Positions 28,706-39,823 of a stretch of 64,000 nt of DNA are shown in pieces. A program made the position numbers and the translations under genes. Source of the stretch: Bacilli bacterium (GTDB lineage: Bacteria > Bacillota_I > Bacilli_A > RFN20 > CAG-826); the NCBI GenBank assembly GCA_045628045.1, contig JAZQOV010000001.1:32001-96000 (forward strand), written 5' to 3'. Below the pieces are notes generated by a model. It was not told where the DNA came from. It searched no databases and saw nothing but the letters and a program-made list of their open reading frames with translations. Position 1 is the stretch's first letter. Every line of letters starts with the position of its first letter.

Positions 28706-28835
28706 AACGCGATTTCGCGTGAAATTATTATACACGAATCGTTTCGTGCTTGCTACATGTATTTGCACGCGGCACATATAAATATAATAAAAGGCAACGA
28801 TTTTATTCGTTGCCAGTTAAAAAATAAATAATTAA

Positions 28836-30326
28836 TTATTTACCTGAATCCTTCATGCATGGGAAGAGAAGAACTTCACGAATTGAAGTTTGATTTGTCA
28901 TTAACATAACAAATCTATCAATTCCAATACCAATACCGCCTGTTGGAGGCATTCCGTATTCAAGTGCTTCAAGGAAGTCTTCATCCATTTCAGAGGCTTC
29001 TTCATCACCTGCAGCTTTTGCTTCAAGTTGTTTTACTAAACGTTCTTTTTGATCGAGTGGATCATTAAGTTCGCTATAAGCGTTTCCGTATTCCATGCCA
29101 CCAATAAATAACTCAAATCTATCAGTAAACATTGGATTATCTGGGCATTTCTTTGTGAGTGGTGAAACTTCAATTGGATATTCATGAACAAATGTTGGGG
29201 TTTGAAGTAAATCATCACATTTTTCTTCAAAGAAGGCATTTAAGATATAACCAACAGAATTCCAGTGTTTTTCAAGCTTAATTCCGTTTTCTTTTGCAAG
29301 TTTAACTGCTTCATCCATTGTCTTAACTTTATTGAAGTCAATTCCAGTAGCTTCAAGGACACATTCTTTCATGGTTTTCCATGCGAATGGTTTGCCTAAA
29401 TCTAAAGTCTTATCTCCATAAGGAATATTGGTGGTTCCAACGACCTTTTTTGCAACTTCTCTAAAGAGATTCTCTGCAAAATGTCTCATGTCTTGGAGAT
29501 CACCATAGGCTTGATAAAGTTCAATTGTTGTGAACTCTGGGTTGTGTTTTGTGTCCATTCCTTCATTACGGAATAAACGTCCAATTTCGTACACTTTTTC
29601 CATGCCACCAACTATACATTTTTTAAGTGAAATTTCGGTAGCAATACGAAGATAGAAATCTTTATTTAGTGAGTTATGATGTGTGACGAATGGTCTTGCT
29701 GCAGCACCACCAAGAATTGGTGAAAGAATACTTGTTTCAACTTCGCAGAAGCCAAGTGAATCACAATAATCTTGAATTGCACGAATAATTTTTGGTCTTG
29801 CTAAAGCAATTTTCATTGAATCATCATTCATGATTAAGTCAACATAACGATGACGATATCTTTCTTCAACATCAGTAAGTCCGTGGAATTTCTCTGGAAG
29901 TGGTCTTAAAGCTTTAGTTAAATGTGTGTATTTTTCAACTCTGACAGTTAATTCGCCTGTTCCTGAAAGCATTAATCTTCCTGAAACGCCAACGATATCT
30001 CCAATATCAGAAAGTTTAAAAACATCATACATTTGTTCACCTAAAACATTAATGCCTAACCAGCATTGAATATTTCCAGTAACATCTTTGATGTTCATAA
30101 ATGCAGCTTTACCCATTTTACGTAATGCCATAATACGTCCTGCGACAGTGACATTAATTGGTTTAGCTTCTAATTCTTCATTAGTTTTGCCTGCGGCTTT
30201 TTCACGTGCTGATTTAACCGAATCAGTACGTTCAAATCTTTGTCCATAAGGGTAGACACCCATTTCTTCTAAACGTGGAAGTTTGTCTCTTCTAGCACGT
30301 TCTTGATCTGTTAATTTTTCTTCCAT
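28836..30326 (-). CDS. lysS: Lysyl-tRNA synthetase (class II)
   Basis: Start reassigned to ATG 30326; LRPLPEKFHGL, GGAAARPF.THHN, FRNEG...HNPEFT and YGMPPTGG.G.GIDR motifs. Confidence 0.97.
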   Translation of the reverse strand: MEEKLTDQERARRDKLPRLEEMGVYPYGQRFERTDSVKSAREKAAGKTNEELEAKPINVTVAGRIMALRKMGKAAFMNIKDVTGNIQCWLGINVLGEQMYDVFKLSDIGDIVGVSGRLMLSGTGELTVRVEKYTHLTKALRPLPEKFHGLTDVEERYRHRYVDLIMNDDSMKIALARPKIIRAIQDYCDSLGFCEVETSILSPILGGAAARPFVTHHNSLNKDFYLRIATEISLKKCIVGGMEKVYEIGRLFRNEGMDTKHNPEFTTIELYQAYGDLQDMRHFAENLFREVAKKVVGTTNIPYGDKTLDLGKPFAWKTMKECVLEATGIDFNKVKTMDEAVKLAKENGIKLEKHWNSVGYILNAFFEEKCDDLLQTPTFVHEYPIEVSPLTKKCPDNPMFTDRFELFIGGMEYGNAYSELNDPLDQKERLVKQLEAKAAGDEEASEMDEDFLEALEYGMPPTGGIGIGIDRFVMLMTNQTSIREVLLFPCMKDSGK

Positions 30327-30382
30327 TTTGAAAAACCTCGCATAAAAGTATAGCAAATACTTGTATTGAATCTCAATAAAAG

Positions 30383-31369
30383 TTATTTGAGAAGGCCTAA
30401 ATCACTTAAAACTTGTTCAATTGGTGTGCCAGGCTCTCCACACTTACCAAAACTCTGACTTGTGTAGAGATCTTCTTCGTTATAAATTACGTTATCGCTA
30501 AAGTAACTATTTATTAAACCATTATTTTTACAATAATATTCTTTGCCAAAAACAGTGAGAACACCTGTGTTAAATGAACCTTCGTTTTCTCTAAATTTGA
30601 TGTCTGCAGTTCCCGTTTTTAATCCTGGATTTTCCACCAAAGAATAGTAGAGATCAACTTTACCGCTATTGTATGACTCGAAATCAACAATTGCATATTC
30701 AAAGACACCATTGCTTCGTGTTTCTTCTCTTTGAGAATCTACTAATTTTTGAGCACTATAAGCATAGAAACCACTGCAATTTTGTAGTTCAAATGGTTTA
30801 TCAAATTTATAATTTGTGCCTAAAACACTATTTAAATAATTAAGTGAAGATTCTTCTGAAATTTGTTCGTATTCTACGTATGAATATTCTTGAATTTTTA
30901 CTGGATTATAAATGTGAAATTCATGATAGGGAGTTGTATAAGAGAATGTTTTTCTACCTTTTCTATTTTGAAAGCCCATTGGAGGTTCATCCATATCTCC
31001 AACCTTTTTCTCCCAAGCCATAGAGTTAGAAAAACCATCAGAAATTGATATCGAATCAAATAACTCAGGTTTATCAATATCACGATTGAAAATACCAAAA
31101 GCCTGTGTGACTTTTAATGGAGTGTTATTATCTTTATAAGAATAATAAACATAACCATTTATATCCAAAGTAAAGTAAGCTTCTGCACCAATCTCGGCTT
31201 TGTAATCATACTTGTCTTCGCTTTTATTGTGAGCTTTTGTATATTTAACCAGCTTATAAGTTCCAACCATATCGCTTTTATCGGATTCATCAGAGCGATA
31301 CATTGAACATGCTCCTAATAAAGGAGCAATAAGAAATAACAACAACGACTTTTTCAAAATCTTTTTCAT
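30383..31369 (-). CDS. Hypothetical lipoprotein
   Basis: Lipobox LLGA-C; ATGA overlap with the dusB stop. Confidence 0.75.
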   Translation of the reverse strand: MKKILKKSLLLFLIAPLLGACSMYRSDESDKSDMVGTYKLVKYTKAHNKSEDKYDYKAEIGAEAYFTLDINGYVYYSYKDNNTPLKVTQAFGIFNRDIDKPELFDSISISDGFSNSMAWEKKVGDMDEPPMGFQNRKGRKTFSYTTPYHEFHIYNPVKIQEYSYVEYEQISEESSLNYLNSVLGTNYKFDKPFELQNCSGFYAYSAQKLVDSQREETRSNGVFEYAIVDFESYNSGKVDLYYSLVENPGLKTGTADIKFRENEGSFNTGVLTVFGKEYYCKNNGLINSYFSDNVIYNEEDLYTSQSFGKCGEPGTPIEQVLSDLGLLK

Positions 31370-32343
31370 ACGTTTTCCTCCGGAATTTCGTTTAAGATTT
31401 TAATAAGCGACTCTTTTGTAGTTAGTGCACTAGCAAGTTTGTTTCTGATTTTCTTTGAATCTGGCATATTTAAGAAGAATTTTGGGGCAATTCCACGCAA
31501 AACCATCATTGCTGCGTATTCTCCTTTTTCCTCAATAAGCATGTCAGCAAAGGTAAGAAGATATTTTTTGCTTTGTGCAATAGATGAAGATAATTCTTCA
31601 TCATTTTTATTATATAACATATTAATTTGTTTTATCAAATTAGGATTTCCGACTCCGCCTCGTGCAACCATGACACCATCAGCGTGAGTAATTTCCATAG
31701 CTTTTTTCGCATCTTCCGCTGTATAAATATCTCCACTCACTATAAGTGGAACGTTCATTTCATCACGTAAATTTTTAACTAAATCCCAACGAGGTTTTCC
31801 TGCGTATCCCGCTCTTGTTGTACGAGCGTGTAGACCAATTGCAGCAATACCGGCATTTTCTAAAGCTTTAATATTTTCTCTAAAATTTATCGTTTCTTCA
31901 TTCCACCCTAAACGAATTTTTGCTGTTACAGGAATTGGTGAATGTTTACAAATTTTCTTAAACATTTCCTCTAATTTTTTAGGGTCTTTTAATAATGCGG
32001 ACCCAGCACCTGTTTTTGTAACTTTTGGAGCCGGGCATCCGAGGTTAATATCAAACATATCAATGTTAGGATTAGTCTTTAAAACAATATCCATTGCTTT
32101 GCAAATTGTTTCTGCTGAACTTCCAAATAGTTGAATTGCAACAGGTCTTTCTAACTCTGTTGTTTTAATATAATCAAGGGTTTTAATGTTTTCATAAATA
32201 AGACCAGAATCAGAGACCATTTCAGTCACTGTTAAAGCAACGCCAAAAGGTTTCATAAAATTGCGGTATGCCAAAGAAGTAACTCCTGCCATTGGAGCTA
32301 ATACAACTTTTCCTTTTATTTCAACATTCCCAATTTTAAACAT
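31366..32343 (-). CDS. dusB: tRNA-dihydrouridine synthase DusB
   Basis: LAPMAGVT, TEMVS, QLFG, DINLGCP, KIRLGW, HART and GVMVARG motifs; start taken at ATG 32343. Confidence 0.94.
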   Translation of the reverse strand: MFKIGNVEIKGKVVLAPMAGVTSLAYRNFMKPFGVALTVTEMVSDSGLIYENIKTLDYIKTTELERPVAIQLFGSSAETICKAMDIVLKTNPNIDMFDINLGCPAPKVTKTGAGSALLKDPKKLEEMFKKICKHSPIPVTAKIRLGWNEETINFRENIKALENAGIAAIGLHARTTRAGYAGKPRWDLVKNLRDEMNVPLIVSGDIYTAEDAKKAMEITHADGVMVARGGVGNPNLIKQINMLYNKNDEELSSSIAQSKKYLLTFADMLIEEKGEYAAMMVLRGIAPKFFLNMPDSKKIRNKLASALTTKESLIKILNEIPEENV

Positions 32344-32347
32344 ATTC

Positions 32348-32371
32348 AAAAAAGGGAGGTAAACCTCCCTA
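32348..32371 (-). terminator. Intrinsic terminator after ftsH
   Basis: Minus strand AGGGAGG-UUUA-CCUCCCU-UUUUU. Confidence 0.75.
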
Positions 32372-32375
32372 ATAA

Positions 32376-34415
32376 TTATTTTGCAGTAGTCTTTTTAGCA
32401 GGTGCCTTTTTAGCAGGAGCTTTCTTTGCAGCTGGTTTTTTAGCAGGAGCTTTCTTTGCTGGTGCTTTTTTCACAGCTTTTGGTTCTTCAAGCTTTCCTT
32501 TGGAAAGAAGAACATCAATTTCTTCAGCCGTAATTGTTTCTCTTTCAAGAAGAGTTTCAGCAAGTAAAGTGACTTCTTTTCTATATTTTTTAATAAGTTC
32601 AACTGCTTTTTTATGACCTGCTTCGATTAAGCTTCTAACTTCGCGATCAATTTCAACGGCTACTTGATTTGAGAAATTCTTTTGAGTTGAATTGTAGTCT
32701 CTTCCAAGGAAGACAGAACCTGTGTCCTTTTCATATTGAATAGGACCAAGTGCACTCATTCCGTATTCAGTAACCATTGAACGAGCAATTTGTGTTGCAA
32801 CTTCAATATCATTTGAAGCACCAGTAGAAACATCGGTAAAGAATACTTCTTCTGCTGAACGACCACCCATTAAACCAACGATTCTAGCTTGCATTTCAGC
32901 TTTGCTGAGTAAGAATCTATCATCCTCAGGTGTCATTAAAGTGTGACCGCCAGTTCTTCCTCTAGGAATAATGGTGATTTTTTGAACTTTATCAGAGTGT
33001 GGAAGTTTTAAACCGATAATTGCGTGACCTGCTTCATGGAATGCAACGCGTTTTCTTTCTTCAGCGTTAAGACCTTTTGAAGACTTAGCTGGGCCAGCGA
33101 TTCTTCTATCAATTGCTTCGTCAATATCTTGAATTGTAACCATAGGTTTGTTAGCACGAACTGCTAAAATAGCAGCTTCGTTTAAAATATTCTCAATATC
33201 AGCACCAGAGAAACCTACGGTTCTCTTTGCTAACATTTCATAATTAACTTTTGGATCAATAAGTTTATTTCTAGCATGAACTTTAAAGATTGCTTCACGT
33301 CCTTTTTTGTCTGGCAAATTAACAGTAATTGTTCTATCAAAACGTCCAGCACGAAGTAAGGCTGGGTCAAGAACATCTTCACGGTTTGTTGCAGCTATAA
33401 CAATGATTCCGGAGTTATCTTCGAAACCGTCCATTTCAACGAGTAATTGGTTGAGGGTTTGCTCACGTTCATCGTTTCCACCGCCTAAACCAGCACCTCT
33501 TTGACGTCCAACAGCATCGATTTCATCGATGAACACGAGACATGGTGCGGCTTGTTTAGCTTTTTTGAACATGTCACGGACACGTCCTGCGCCAACGCCA
33601 ACGAACATCTCAACGAAATCAGAACCTGAAATTGAGAAGAATGGAACTCCGGCTTCTCCGGCAACTGCTTTAGCAAGTAAGGTTTTACCAGTACCAGGGT
33701 GACCTACAAGAAGAATTCCTTTTGGTAATTTTGCACCAAATTTTGAGAATTTTTGTGGTTCTTTTAAGTAAGAAACGAGTTCTTGCATTTCTGCTTTTTC
33801 TTCATCGCATCCAGCGACATCGCTAAAGCGAACTTTTGAAGAATCAACTCTTCTTGCTCTAGATCTATTAAATTCCATTGCTTTATTATTGCTTCCGTTT
33901 ACTGAACGAGAAAGCATTGCGAATAAGAAGATTGCAATAAGCACTGTAGCGACAATGGAAATGATGGTTGGTCCCCATCTATCCCATGCTGATACTTCGT
34001 ATGCGTTCATTACGCTGTACTTGCCACCTTCGTTATTATCGTGGAAATTCTTTTCAAGAATAACTGAATATGCAGCATGCTCAACTTCGTTGCCTTCTTC
34101 ATCAATATATTTGAATGGTTCACTAAAGTGATCTTTATCAATAACAAGGGAGAATTTTCCTTGATTTCCTTCGGAATCTTTAAATTCACCGGTAATCTCA
34201 ACAATTGTTTCTTGCTTGTAAACTTCAGCAGAAAGAATCTTATTTTCTGATAAAGTTTTATCCAGTGTGTAAGTATCGCCGTTCCAATTTTGCGTTTTTG
34301 CTCTGTTTGTTAAAACAATAATTGTGACAAAAGCCCCAATAATCGCTAAAAACAAAATATAAGGTAGTATTCTTCTACCGGCACTTCTTTTTTGCTTGTT
34401 TTCTTGTTCTTTCAT
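32376..34415 (-). CDS. ftsH: ATP-dependent zinc metalloprotease FtsH
   Basis: Two TM segments, [29 protein letters not shown] and HEAGH motifs; Lys/Ala/Pro-rich C-terminal tail. Confidence 0.98.
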   Translation of the reverse strand: MKEQENKQKRSAGRRILPYILFLAIIGAFVTIIVLTNRAKTQNWNGDTYTLDKTLSENKILSAEVYKQETIVEITGEFKDSEGNQGKFSLVIDKDHFSEPFKYIDEEGNEVEHAAYSVILEKNFHDNNEGGKYSVMNAYEVSAWDRWGPTIISIVATVLIAIFLFAMLSRSVNGSNNKAMEFNRSRARRVDSSKVRFSDVAGCDEEKAEMQELVSYLKEPQKFSKFGAKLPKGILLVGHPGTGKTLLAKAVAGEAGVPFFSISGSDFVEMFVGVGAGRVRDMFKKAKQAAPCLVFIDEIDAVGRQRGAGLGGGNDEREQTLNQLLVEMDGFEDNSGIIVIAATNREDVLDPALLRAGRFDRTITVNLPDKKGREAIFKVHARNKLIDPKVNYEMLAKRTVGFSGADIENILNEAAILAVRANKPMVTIQDIDEAIDRRIAGPAKSSKGLNAEERKRVAFHEAGHAIIGLKLPHSDKVQKITIIPRGRTGGHTLMTPEDDRFLLSKAEMQARIVGLMGGRSAEEVFFTDVSTGASNDIEVATQIARSMVTEYGMSALGPIQYEKDTGSVFLGRDYNSTQKNFSNQVAVEIDREVRSLIEAGHKKAVELIKKYRKEVTLLAETLLERETITAEEIDVLLSKGKLEEPKAVKKAPAKKAPAKKPAAKKAPAKKAPAKKTTAK
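32390..32472 (-). repeat. Degenerate 15-bp tandem repeat encoding KKAPA pentapeptides at the FtsH C-terminus
   Basis: Protein ends [31 protein letters not shown]. Confidence 0.9.
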
Positions 34416-34528
34416 AAAATCGTCCTCTATAAATAGTTAAAACAAATGTTGCAACTAAAATAATACCAAAACTAATTGTTTTGTAAAAGGTTTATTTATA
34501 TATATTTTTCGCGACTAGCGTTGAGAGG

Positions 34529-35740
34529 TTAAAACTCCTCAAAATATTCGGTGTTTATTACGAATTTTGATTTGTGATTATCAACAAAATTCTTTCTATA
34601 TCTTGGCACATACAAAAGTTTGCCGTTTGTGTCATAAATTCCTGGCCAAATTTTCCTTAAAAATAAAGGCATTTTCCAATCTATAAAAAGTCGTGATATT
34701 TTTGAAGAATAATCTTTGATTATAATTTTGTCTTTTTGATTAGCATTTTGCACAAATAATTCTTTGTCTTTTAAATCTATTTTTCTATCTTCTGTTCCTG
34801 ATGAAAAATCAACATCTAGAAATTCAGTTTTAACACTATTTTTAAAAAGAATTTTGTAATTCCTCATTTTATTCTTATTAACAAAGTAGACTTCATCGTA
34901 GTCAAGTTCGAGTAAAAGTGATTTTGTAATATCGAAACCAATGCATGATTTTGTTCTAAAAGCTTTTTTAATTTCTTCAATAAAGTTTCTAGATAAATCT
35001 CTATGTTCACCAATTTTGTTCATGTATGTATCAAGAAGATCAATAATTTCTTCATATGTTAACGCGAGGAAACCTTCTTTTGTTTTACATTCTTTTGTTA
35101 ATTTACATCTTTCGTTAATTCTCTTAATCTCCAGAAGAACATTTTGTCTTTCTGCCTCATTCATTTTTTCTACAACGTGGTGTCTAAAAACGTTTCTTGT
35201 ATAACGATCTGTTAAATTTGATTCATCGATTGAAAATGGAACGTTATTAGATAGGTCATAATCTTTTAATTCTTGTTTTGAATAAGAAAGTAATGGACGC
35301 AAAACATTTACTCCTAAAAGTTCATTTTCTTTGGAAATTCCCGCATATTTTACGTAATTTCCGCGCTTTTTCTGCATTAAATAAGTTTCAATAACATCAT
35401 CTTGTTGGTGTGCTACGAGTACTGCATCAGCACTCTCTTTATCGCAAATGTCTTTAAAGAATTTATATCTTGTTTCCCTTGCCCACTCTTGGAAATTTCC
35501 TTCGTGTTTAATTCCGAGCAAATCTAATATATGACATTTAATATTTTGTTCTTCACAGAACTTCACAAGATTATTTTGCTCGTCTATCGAAACTGCTCTT
35601 TTCCTATAATTAACGTGCGCGACCACAATGTTTAATTTTTCCTTTATTGCAGCATCCAAAAGAGCCATTGAGTCCGGTCCAAACGAACAGGCAATAACAT
35701 ATTTCTTATTTTTATCTAAGTGTAAATTAATCTTTTTCAT
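34529..35740 (-). CDS. tilS: tRNA(Ile)-lysidine synthetase
   Basis: Start reassigned to ATG 35740; S.GPDSMAL, AHVNY, AR..RY, AH..DD..ET, RPLL and D.SN....YTRN motifs. Confidence 0.94.
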   Translation of the reverse strand: MKKINLHLDKNKKYVIACSFGPDSMALLDAAIKEKLNIVVAHVNYRKRAVSIDEQNNLVKFCEEQNIKCHILDLLGIKHEGNFQEWARETRYKFFKDICDKESADAVLVAHQQDDVIETYLMQKKRGNYVKYAGISKENELLGVNVLRPLLSYSKQELKDYDLSNNVPFSIDESNLTDRYTRNVFRHHVVEKMNEAERQNVLLEIKRINERCKLTKECKTKEGFLALTYEEIIDLLDTYMNKIGEHRDLSRNFIEEIKKAFRTKSCIGFDITKSLLLELDYDEVYFVNKNKMRNYKILFKNSVKTEFLDVDFSSGTEDRKIDLKDKELFVQNANQKDKIIIKDYSSKISRLFIDWKMPLFLRKIWPGIYDTNGKLLYVPRYRKNFVDNHKSKFVINTEYFEEF

Positions 35741-38700
35741 TTCTCTTTGAATGCTTTCTATAAAGTGTATCAACACATTCAATAATTGTTTCTAAATCTT
35801 TCATCCAATTATCAATTTTCTTAAGCCTAATTTTTAAAACTTTCTGAATATAAGTAACGCTAACCTTTGCTAAATATGGAGACAAAGTTTCAAACAAATG
35901 GGAACCAATTCCAGAAATTGAAGTAAATGAATTTGACAAAACAATATCAATAAATTCAGGATATTCATTTACATTTTCAAATTCTTCATTTTGCATCAAT
36001 AAGTCTATTCTTCTCTTATTAATTAACATTATAACTTCTTGTGGAATTCTACCGTAAATATCGCGTAATTTTGCTTTTATCCCCTGTAATTCCCTAATAT
36101 TTTTTGCATTTTCGATTTCTTGATAGAATTCAACTTTATCCTCTTTTTTCATGTACTCTTCAGGAATGTATGCATCGATGTTAAATAACTTAACAGGTTT
36201 TGGTGGCTCATAAACTTTTCCGGTTTTTCTCTCCTCAATAACTTCATTCAAAAGTTTGAGATAAAGTTCCAATCCAACCGAGTCAATAAAACCAGCTTGT
36301 TCAGGGCCTAAAATATCTCCTGCTCCGCGAATCATTAAGTCTCTTTGAGCAATCTTATAACCTGAGCCTAACTCTGCAAAATCTTGAATTGCTTTTAATC
36401 TCTTTTGAGCAATTTTATTTATTACTTTATTCTCATTATAGAAAAGATATGCATACGCGATTCTGTTACCACGACCAACTCTTCCTTTAATCTGATAAAG
36501 CTGAGACAAACCAAAGTGATCTGCGTCTTCAATAATGATTAAATTTGCGTTTGGAATATCAATACCATTTTCAATAATTGATGTTGCGACAAGAACATTA
36601 ATTTCTCCTGTGTAGAACTTCATCATCGTGTCTTCAATAAGTTCTTTATCCATCTTTCCATGAATAACACCAACGCTTGCAGAAGGAATTGTTTTTTGAA
36701 TTTTATGAGCAACTAAATTTATCGAAGAAACCACGTTATGTATGTAAAAAACCTGGCCTTTTCTCGTTAATTCTCGTTCAATTAGCTCTCTGCAGACACC
36801 TTCATTAAATGGTGAAACATAGGTTTGAATTGAAGATCTATTTTCTGGCGCAGTGTTGATTTGAGACACTGGTCTAACACCAATTAAAGATAATTGAAGT
36901 GTTCTTGGAATCGGGGTCGCAGAAAGAGACAAAACATCAATATTTGTTTTTAGTTCTTTTATTCTTTCTTTTTGTTCAACACCAAATCTTTGCTCTTCAT
37001 CAACAACTAATAAACCAAGGTCTTTGAATGTGAAATCTTTGCTTAATAATCTATGCGTTCCAATGACTAAATGTGTTGTGCCATCTGCGATAGATTTTAT
37101 GTATTCCTTTTGAATTCTTTCGGGAACCAACCTAGAAATAATTGCAATGTTAATTCCAAAATTTCTAAACCTCTCTAATGCAAGTTCGTAATGTTGTCTC
37201 ACAAGAAGAGTTGTTGGACATAAAATTGCTACCTGTTTTCCAGAATTTATTGCTTTAAATACGGCTCTAAATGCAACTTCGGTTTTTCCAAATCCAACAT
37301 CGCCACAAAGTAAGCGATCCATAACATCGATTGACTCCATGTCTTTTTTAATATCATCAACTGCGCGTGCCTGATCTTCTGTTAATTTATACGGGAATTC
37401 CTTCTCAAAATCCCTTTGAAAATCGTCATCTTTTGCAAAAGCGAACCCTTTTCCATGTGCTCGTTCACTATATAACGCAAACAATCTATCAGCGAGTTCG
37501 TTGATTCTAGTTTTGATTTTAGATTTAGTTTTCTCCCAATCATCTGCATTAAGGTTTGAAAGCTTTGGTTCTGCGCCTTCTCGGCCAGAATATTTTCTTA
37601 ATAATCTAAACTGATTTAATGGAATGTATAATGTGCTTGTTCCTGAATATTGAACGTGAATAAAATCTCTATGAATTCCATCAACCTCAAGAGTTTTTAT
37701 GTCTAAGAATTTTCCAATTCCATAATACTCATGAACAACAAAATCACCAGGTCTTAATTCTTCATATGTTCTTAAAATTGTGGCTTCTTTAAATCTATTC
37801 AAAAATCTTGATGTTCTGCTTTGAAAACCAAACAATTCTTTTGATGAAATAAAGGCTATATTTTGATCAACAATTTCAAAGCCTTCCTCAAGCGAAAAAA
37901 TAGTAATTCCAATCTTCTTTTTTGGAATCTCTAGACCATTCAAAATTTCATAATCTAAATGTTCGGATTTTAAGAACTCTAAAACCGTATCATATTGTTG
38001 TTTGTTAGAAAGCGCTAAAACAATTTTTGATGATAATGATGTGTATTGTCCAAGTAAGATTTTAATATTACCCGCGGTACTTTTTGTGTAAATAATTGGA
38101 TTAATTTTAAATTCGATTTCATCGGGATTTTTCTTATAAATATTCGAGAAAAGCACGTGTTTTTGATATTTCACAACATTATTAAATGAGTCATAAAGTT
38201 CCAGATGAGAAATGAGTTTTCCTTGTTCATTTAATTGTAAGAAATATTCTCTTGCTTCTTTGTTTAGGAACTCTAATGTTGTGTCAAATTGATCTTTGTT
38301 TGAAACAAAAACTAAATCAGGATTAAAGTAATCAACAATTGTGTTTGTGAAATGTTTAACATAACGGGTAAATTTATATAAAGAAGGATGATAAATTCTA
38401 TGCTCAATTCTTTCTGAATCTTGCATCGAATTTTCTTTTAGTTTTTGAGCGATTTCTGAATTCAAATTTTTACAATCTTTTTCAATTTGTGATTGAAGCT
38501 TTTCCTTAAATTCTTCAACCTCTAAATCTGTGAATAAAACATCGTTTGCAGGTTCAAAAGAAACGCTTTCTAATTCCTTATCAGAAAGCTGGGTTGCAAT
38601 ATTAAAATAATGAATGCTTTCAATTTCGTCTCCAAAAAATTCAATACGAATTGGTTTATCATGTGAGACAGGATAAATATCTAGAATGTCGCCTCTACTT

Positions 38701-39209
38701 GCGAACTGTAAAGTTTGATCAATTTTATTAACTTGTTCGTATCCAGCTTTAATTAATTTTTCTTTTATTTCTTTAAGTGAATATTCTTTTCCAACTTCGA
38801 AAGTAAATGAGCTATTTTTAAAATCATTAACTGTCGAAAGAGGCATTGTTACAGAAGATGCATGCGCAACAATAATACGTGGTTTGTCTTTTAAGGCTTT
38901 AGATAAGACATAAAGTCTTTGCGCTAATAATTCTTTTGATGATGTTAATGTTTCATTTCTTAACATGTCGTCAAAAGGGAATAAGAAAACATTCTCTTCA
39001 CCAATAAGCGAAGCGATGAAATCTGAAACCTTATTTGCAGTGTATAGATTAGATGTTAAAAGTAGGTATTTTCCCGGTTTTTCCTGAAAATATGCGGAAA
39101 AAAGCAGGGAAATTCCGATTGTATCATCAACGACAAAATTCCCACTTTTCATTTTGAGGTGGGTAGCAGCTTCGGAATTTGAAATGATTTTTAAGAGTTC
39201 ATCATTCAA
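35727..39209 (-). CDS. mfd: Transcription-repair coupling factor
   Basis: RGDILDIYP, GDVGFGKTEVA, DEEQRFGV, SATPIPRTL and GLSQLYQ.KGRVGR motifs. Confidence 0.97.
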   Translation of the reverse strand: MNDELLKIISNSEAATHLKMKSGNFVVDDTIGISLLFSAYFQEKPGKYLLLTSNLYTANKVSDFIASLIGEENVFLFPFDDMLRNETLTSSKELLAQRLYVLSKALKDKPRIIVAHASSVTMPLSTVNDFKNSSFTFEVGKEYSLKEIKEKLIKAGYEQVNKIDQTLQFASRGDILDIYPVSHDKPIRIEFFGDEIESIHYFNIATQLSDKELESVSFEPANDVLFTDLEVEEFKEKLQSQIEKDCKNLNSEIAQKLKENSMQDSERIEHRIYHPSLYKFTRYVKHFTNTIVDYFNPDLVFVSNKDQFDTTLEFLNKEAREYFLQLNEQGKLISHLELYDSFNNVVKYQKHVLFSNIYKKNPDEIEFKINPIIYTKSTAGNIKILLGQYTSLSSKIVLALSNKQQYDTVLEFLKSEHLDYEILNGLEIPKKKIGITIFSLEEGFEIVDQNIAFISSKELFGFQSRTSRFLNRFKEATILRTYEELRPGDFVVHEYYGIGKFLDIKTLEVDGIHRDFIHVQYSGTSTLYIPLNQFRLLRKYSGREGAEPKLSNLNADDWEKTKSKIKTRINELADRLFALYSERAHGKGFAFAKDDDFQRDFEKEFPYKLTEDQARAVDDIKKDMESIDVMDRLLCGDVGFGKTEVAFRAVFKAINSGKQVAILCPTTLLVRQHYELALERFRNFGINIAIISRLVPERIQKEYIKSIADGTTHLVIGTHRLLSKDFTFKDLGLLVVDEEQRFGVEQKERIKELKTNIDVLSLSATPIPRTLQLSLIGVRPVSQINTAPENRSSIQTYVSPFNEGVCRELIERELTRKGQVFYIHNVVSSINLVAHKIQKTIPSASVGVIHGKMDKELIEDTMMKFYTGEINVLVATSIIENGIDIPNANLIIIEDADHFGLSQLYQIKGRVGRGNRIAYAYLFYNENKVINKIAQKRLKAIQDFAELGSGYKIAQRDLMIRGAGDILGPEQAGFIDSVGLELYLKLLNEVIEERKTGKVYEPPKPVKLFNIDAYIPEEYMKKEDKVEFYQEIENAKNIRELQGIKAKLRDIYGRIPQEVIMLINKRRIDLLMQNEEFENVNEYPEFIDIVLSNSFTSISGIGSHLFETLSPYLAKVSVTYIQKVLKIRLKKIDNWMKDLETIIECVDTLYRKHSKRNEKD

Positions 39210-39772
39210 CTATTACCACCTCCATTAAACTTTGATCCTGCTATTGCAAAATCGTTTATCAAAAATTCACGTATAGCTTTTGCTGCACGTTCTATAGCTG
39301 AATCTATTTTTATTTTGTCTTCGCCAAATGGTTTGCCTAAAACCCATTCAATGGAATTGTTTTGAGGCTCACCGATGCCTATGCGAATTCTTTTAATGTT
39401 TTCGGTTTTTAAATTATCAATAATGTTTTGCATGCCTTTTTGACCGCCGCTTGATCCAGATGCTCTTAATCTTAAACACCCTGGTTCAATTGCCATGTCA
39501 TCAAAGACGACGACAATGTCGTCTATATTAATTTTAAAGAAGTTCACAATCTCTTGAACTGCTGTTCCGGAGAGATTCATCATTGTAAGTGGCTTAAAAA
39601 GAATGATGTCTTCATCATCTAATTTAAATTTGGCATAAATGCCATGAAATTGTTCCTTATTGAAGTCAACACCAGCTAAATCTGCAAACGCATCAATTGC
39701 ACGAAAACCGCAATTGTGTCTTGTCATTGCGTATTCTTTTCCTGGATTTCCTAAACCTACAATAAGTTTCAT
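39206..39772 (-). CDS. pth: Peptidyl-tRNA hydrolase
   Basis: LIVGLGNPG.EY..TRHN.GF, KP.T.MNLSG and RIRIGIG motifs. Confidence 0.96.
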   Translation of the reverse strand: MKLIVGLGNPGKEYAMTRHNCGFRAIDAFADLAGVDFNKEQFHGIYAKFKLDDEDIILFKPLTMMNLSGTAVQEIVNFFKINIDDIVVVFDDMAIEPGCLRLRASGSSGGQKGMQNIIDNLKTENIKRIRIGIGEPQNNSIEWVLGKPFGEDKIKIDSAIERAAKAIREFLINDFAIAGSKFNGGGNS

Positions 39773-39823
39773 AATTGTTTTTGATTATATCACAACGCAT
39801 TATATTATGCTAAAATATCTCAC

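Noticed and set aside
32390-32472. CRISPR-like or mobile repeat
   Set aside because: Repeats are contiguous, spacer-less and in frame within ftsH; no cas genes.
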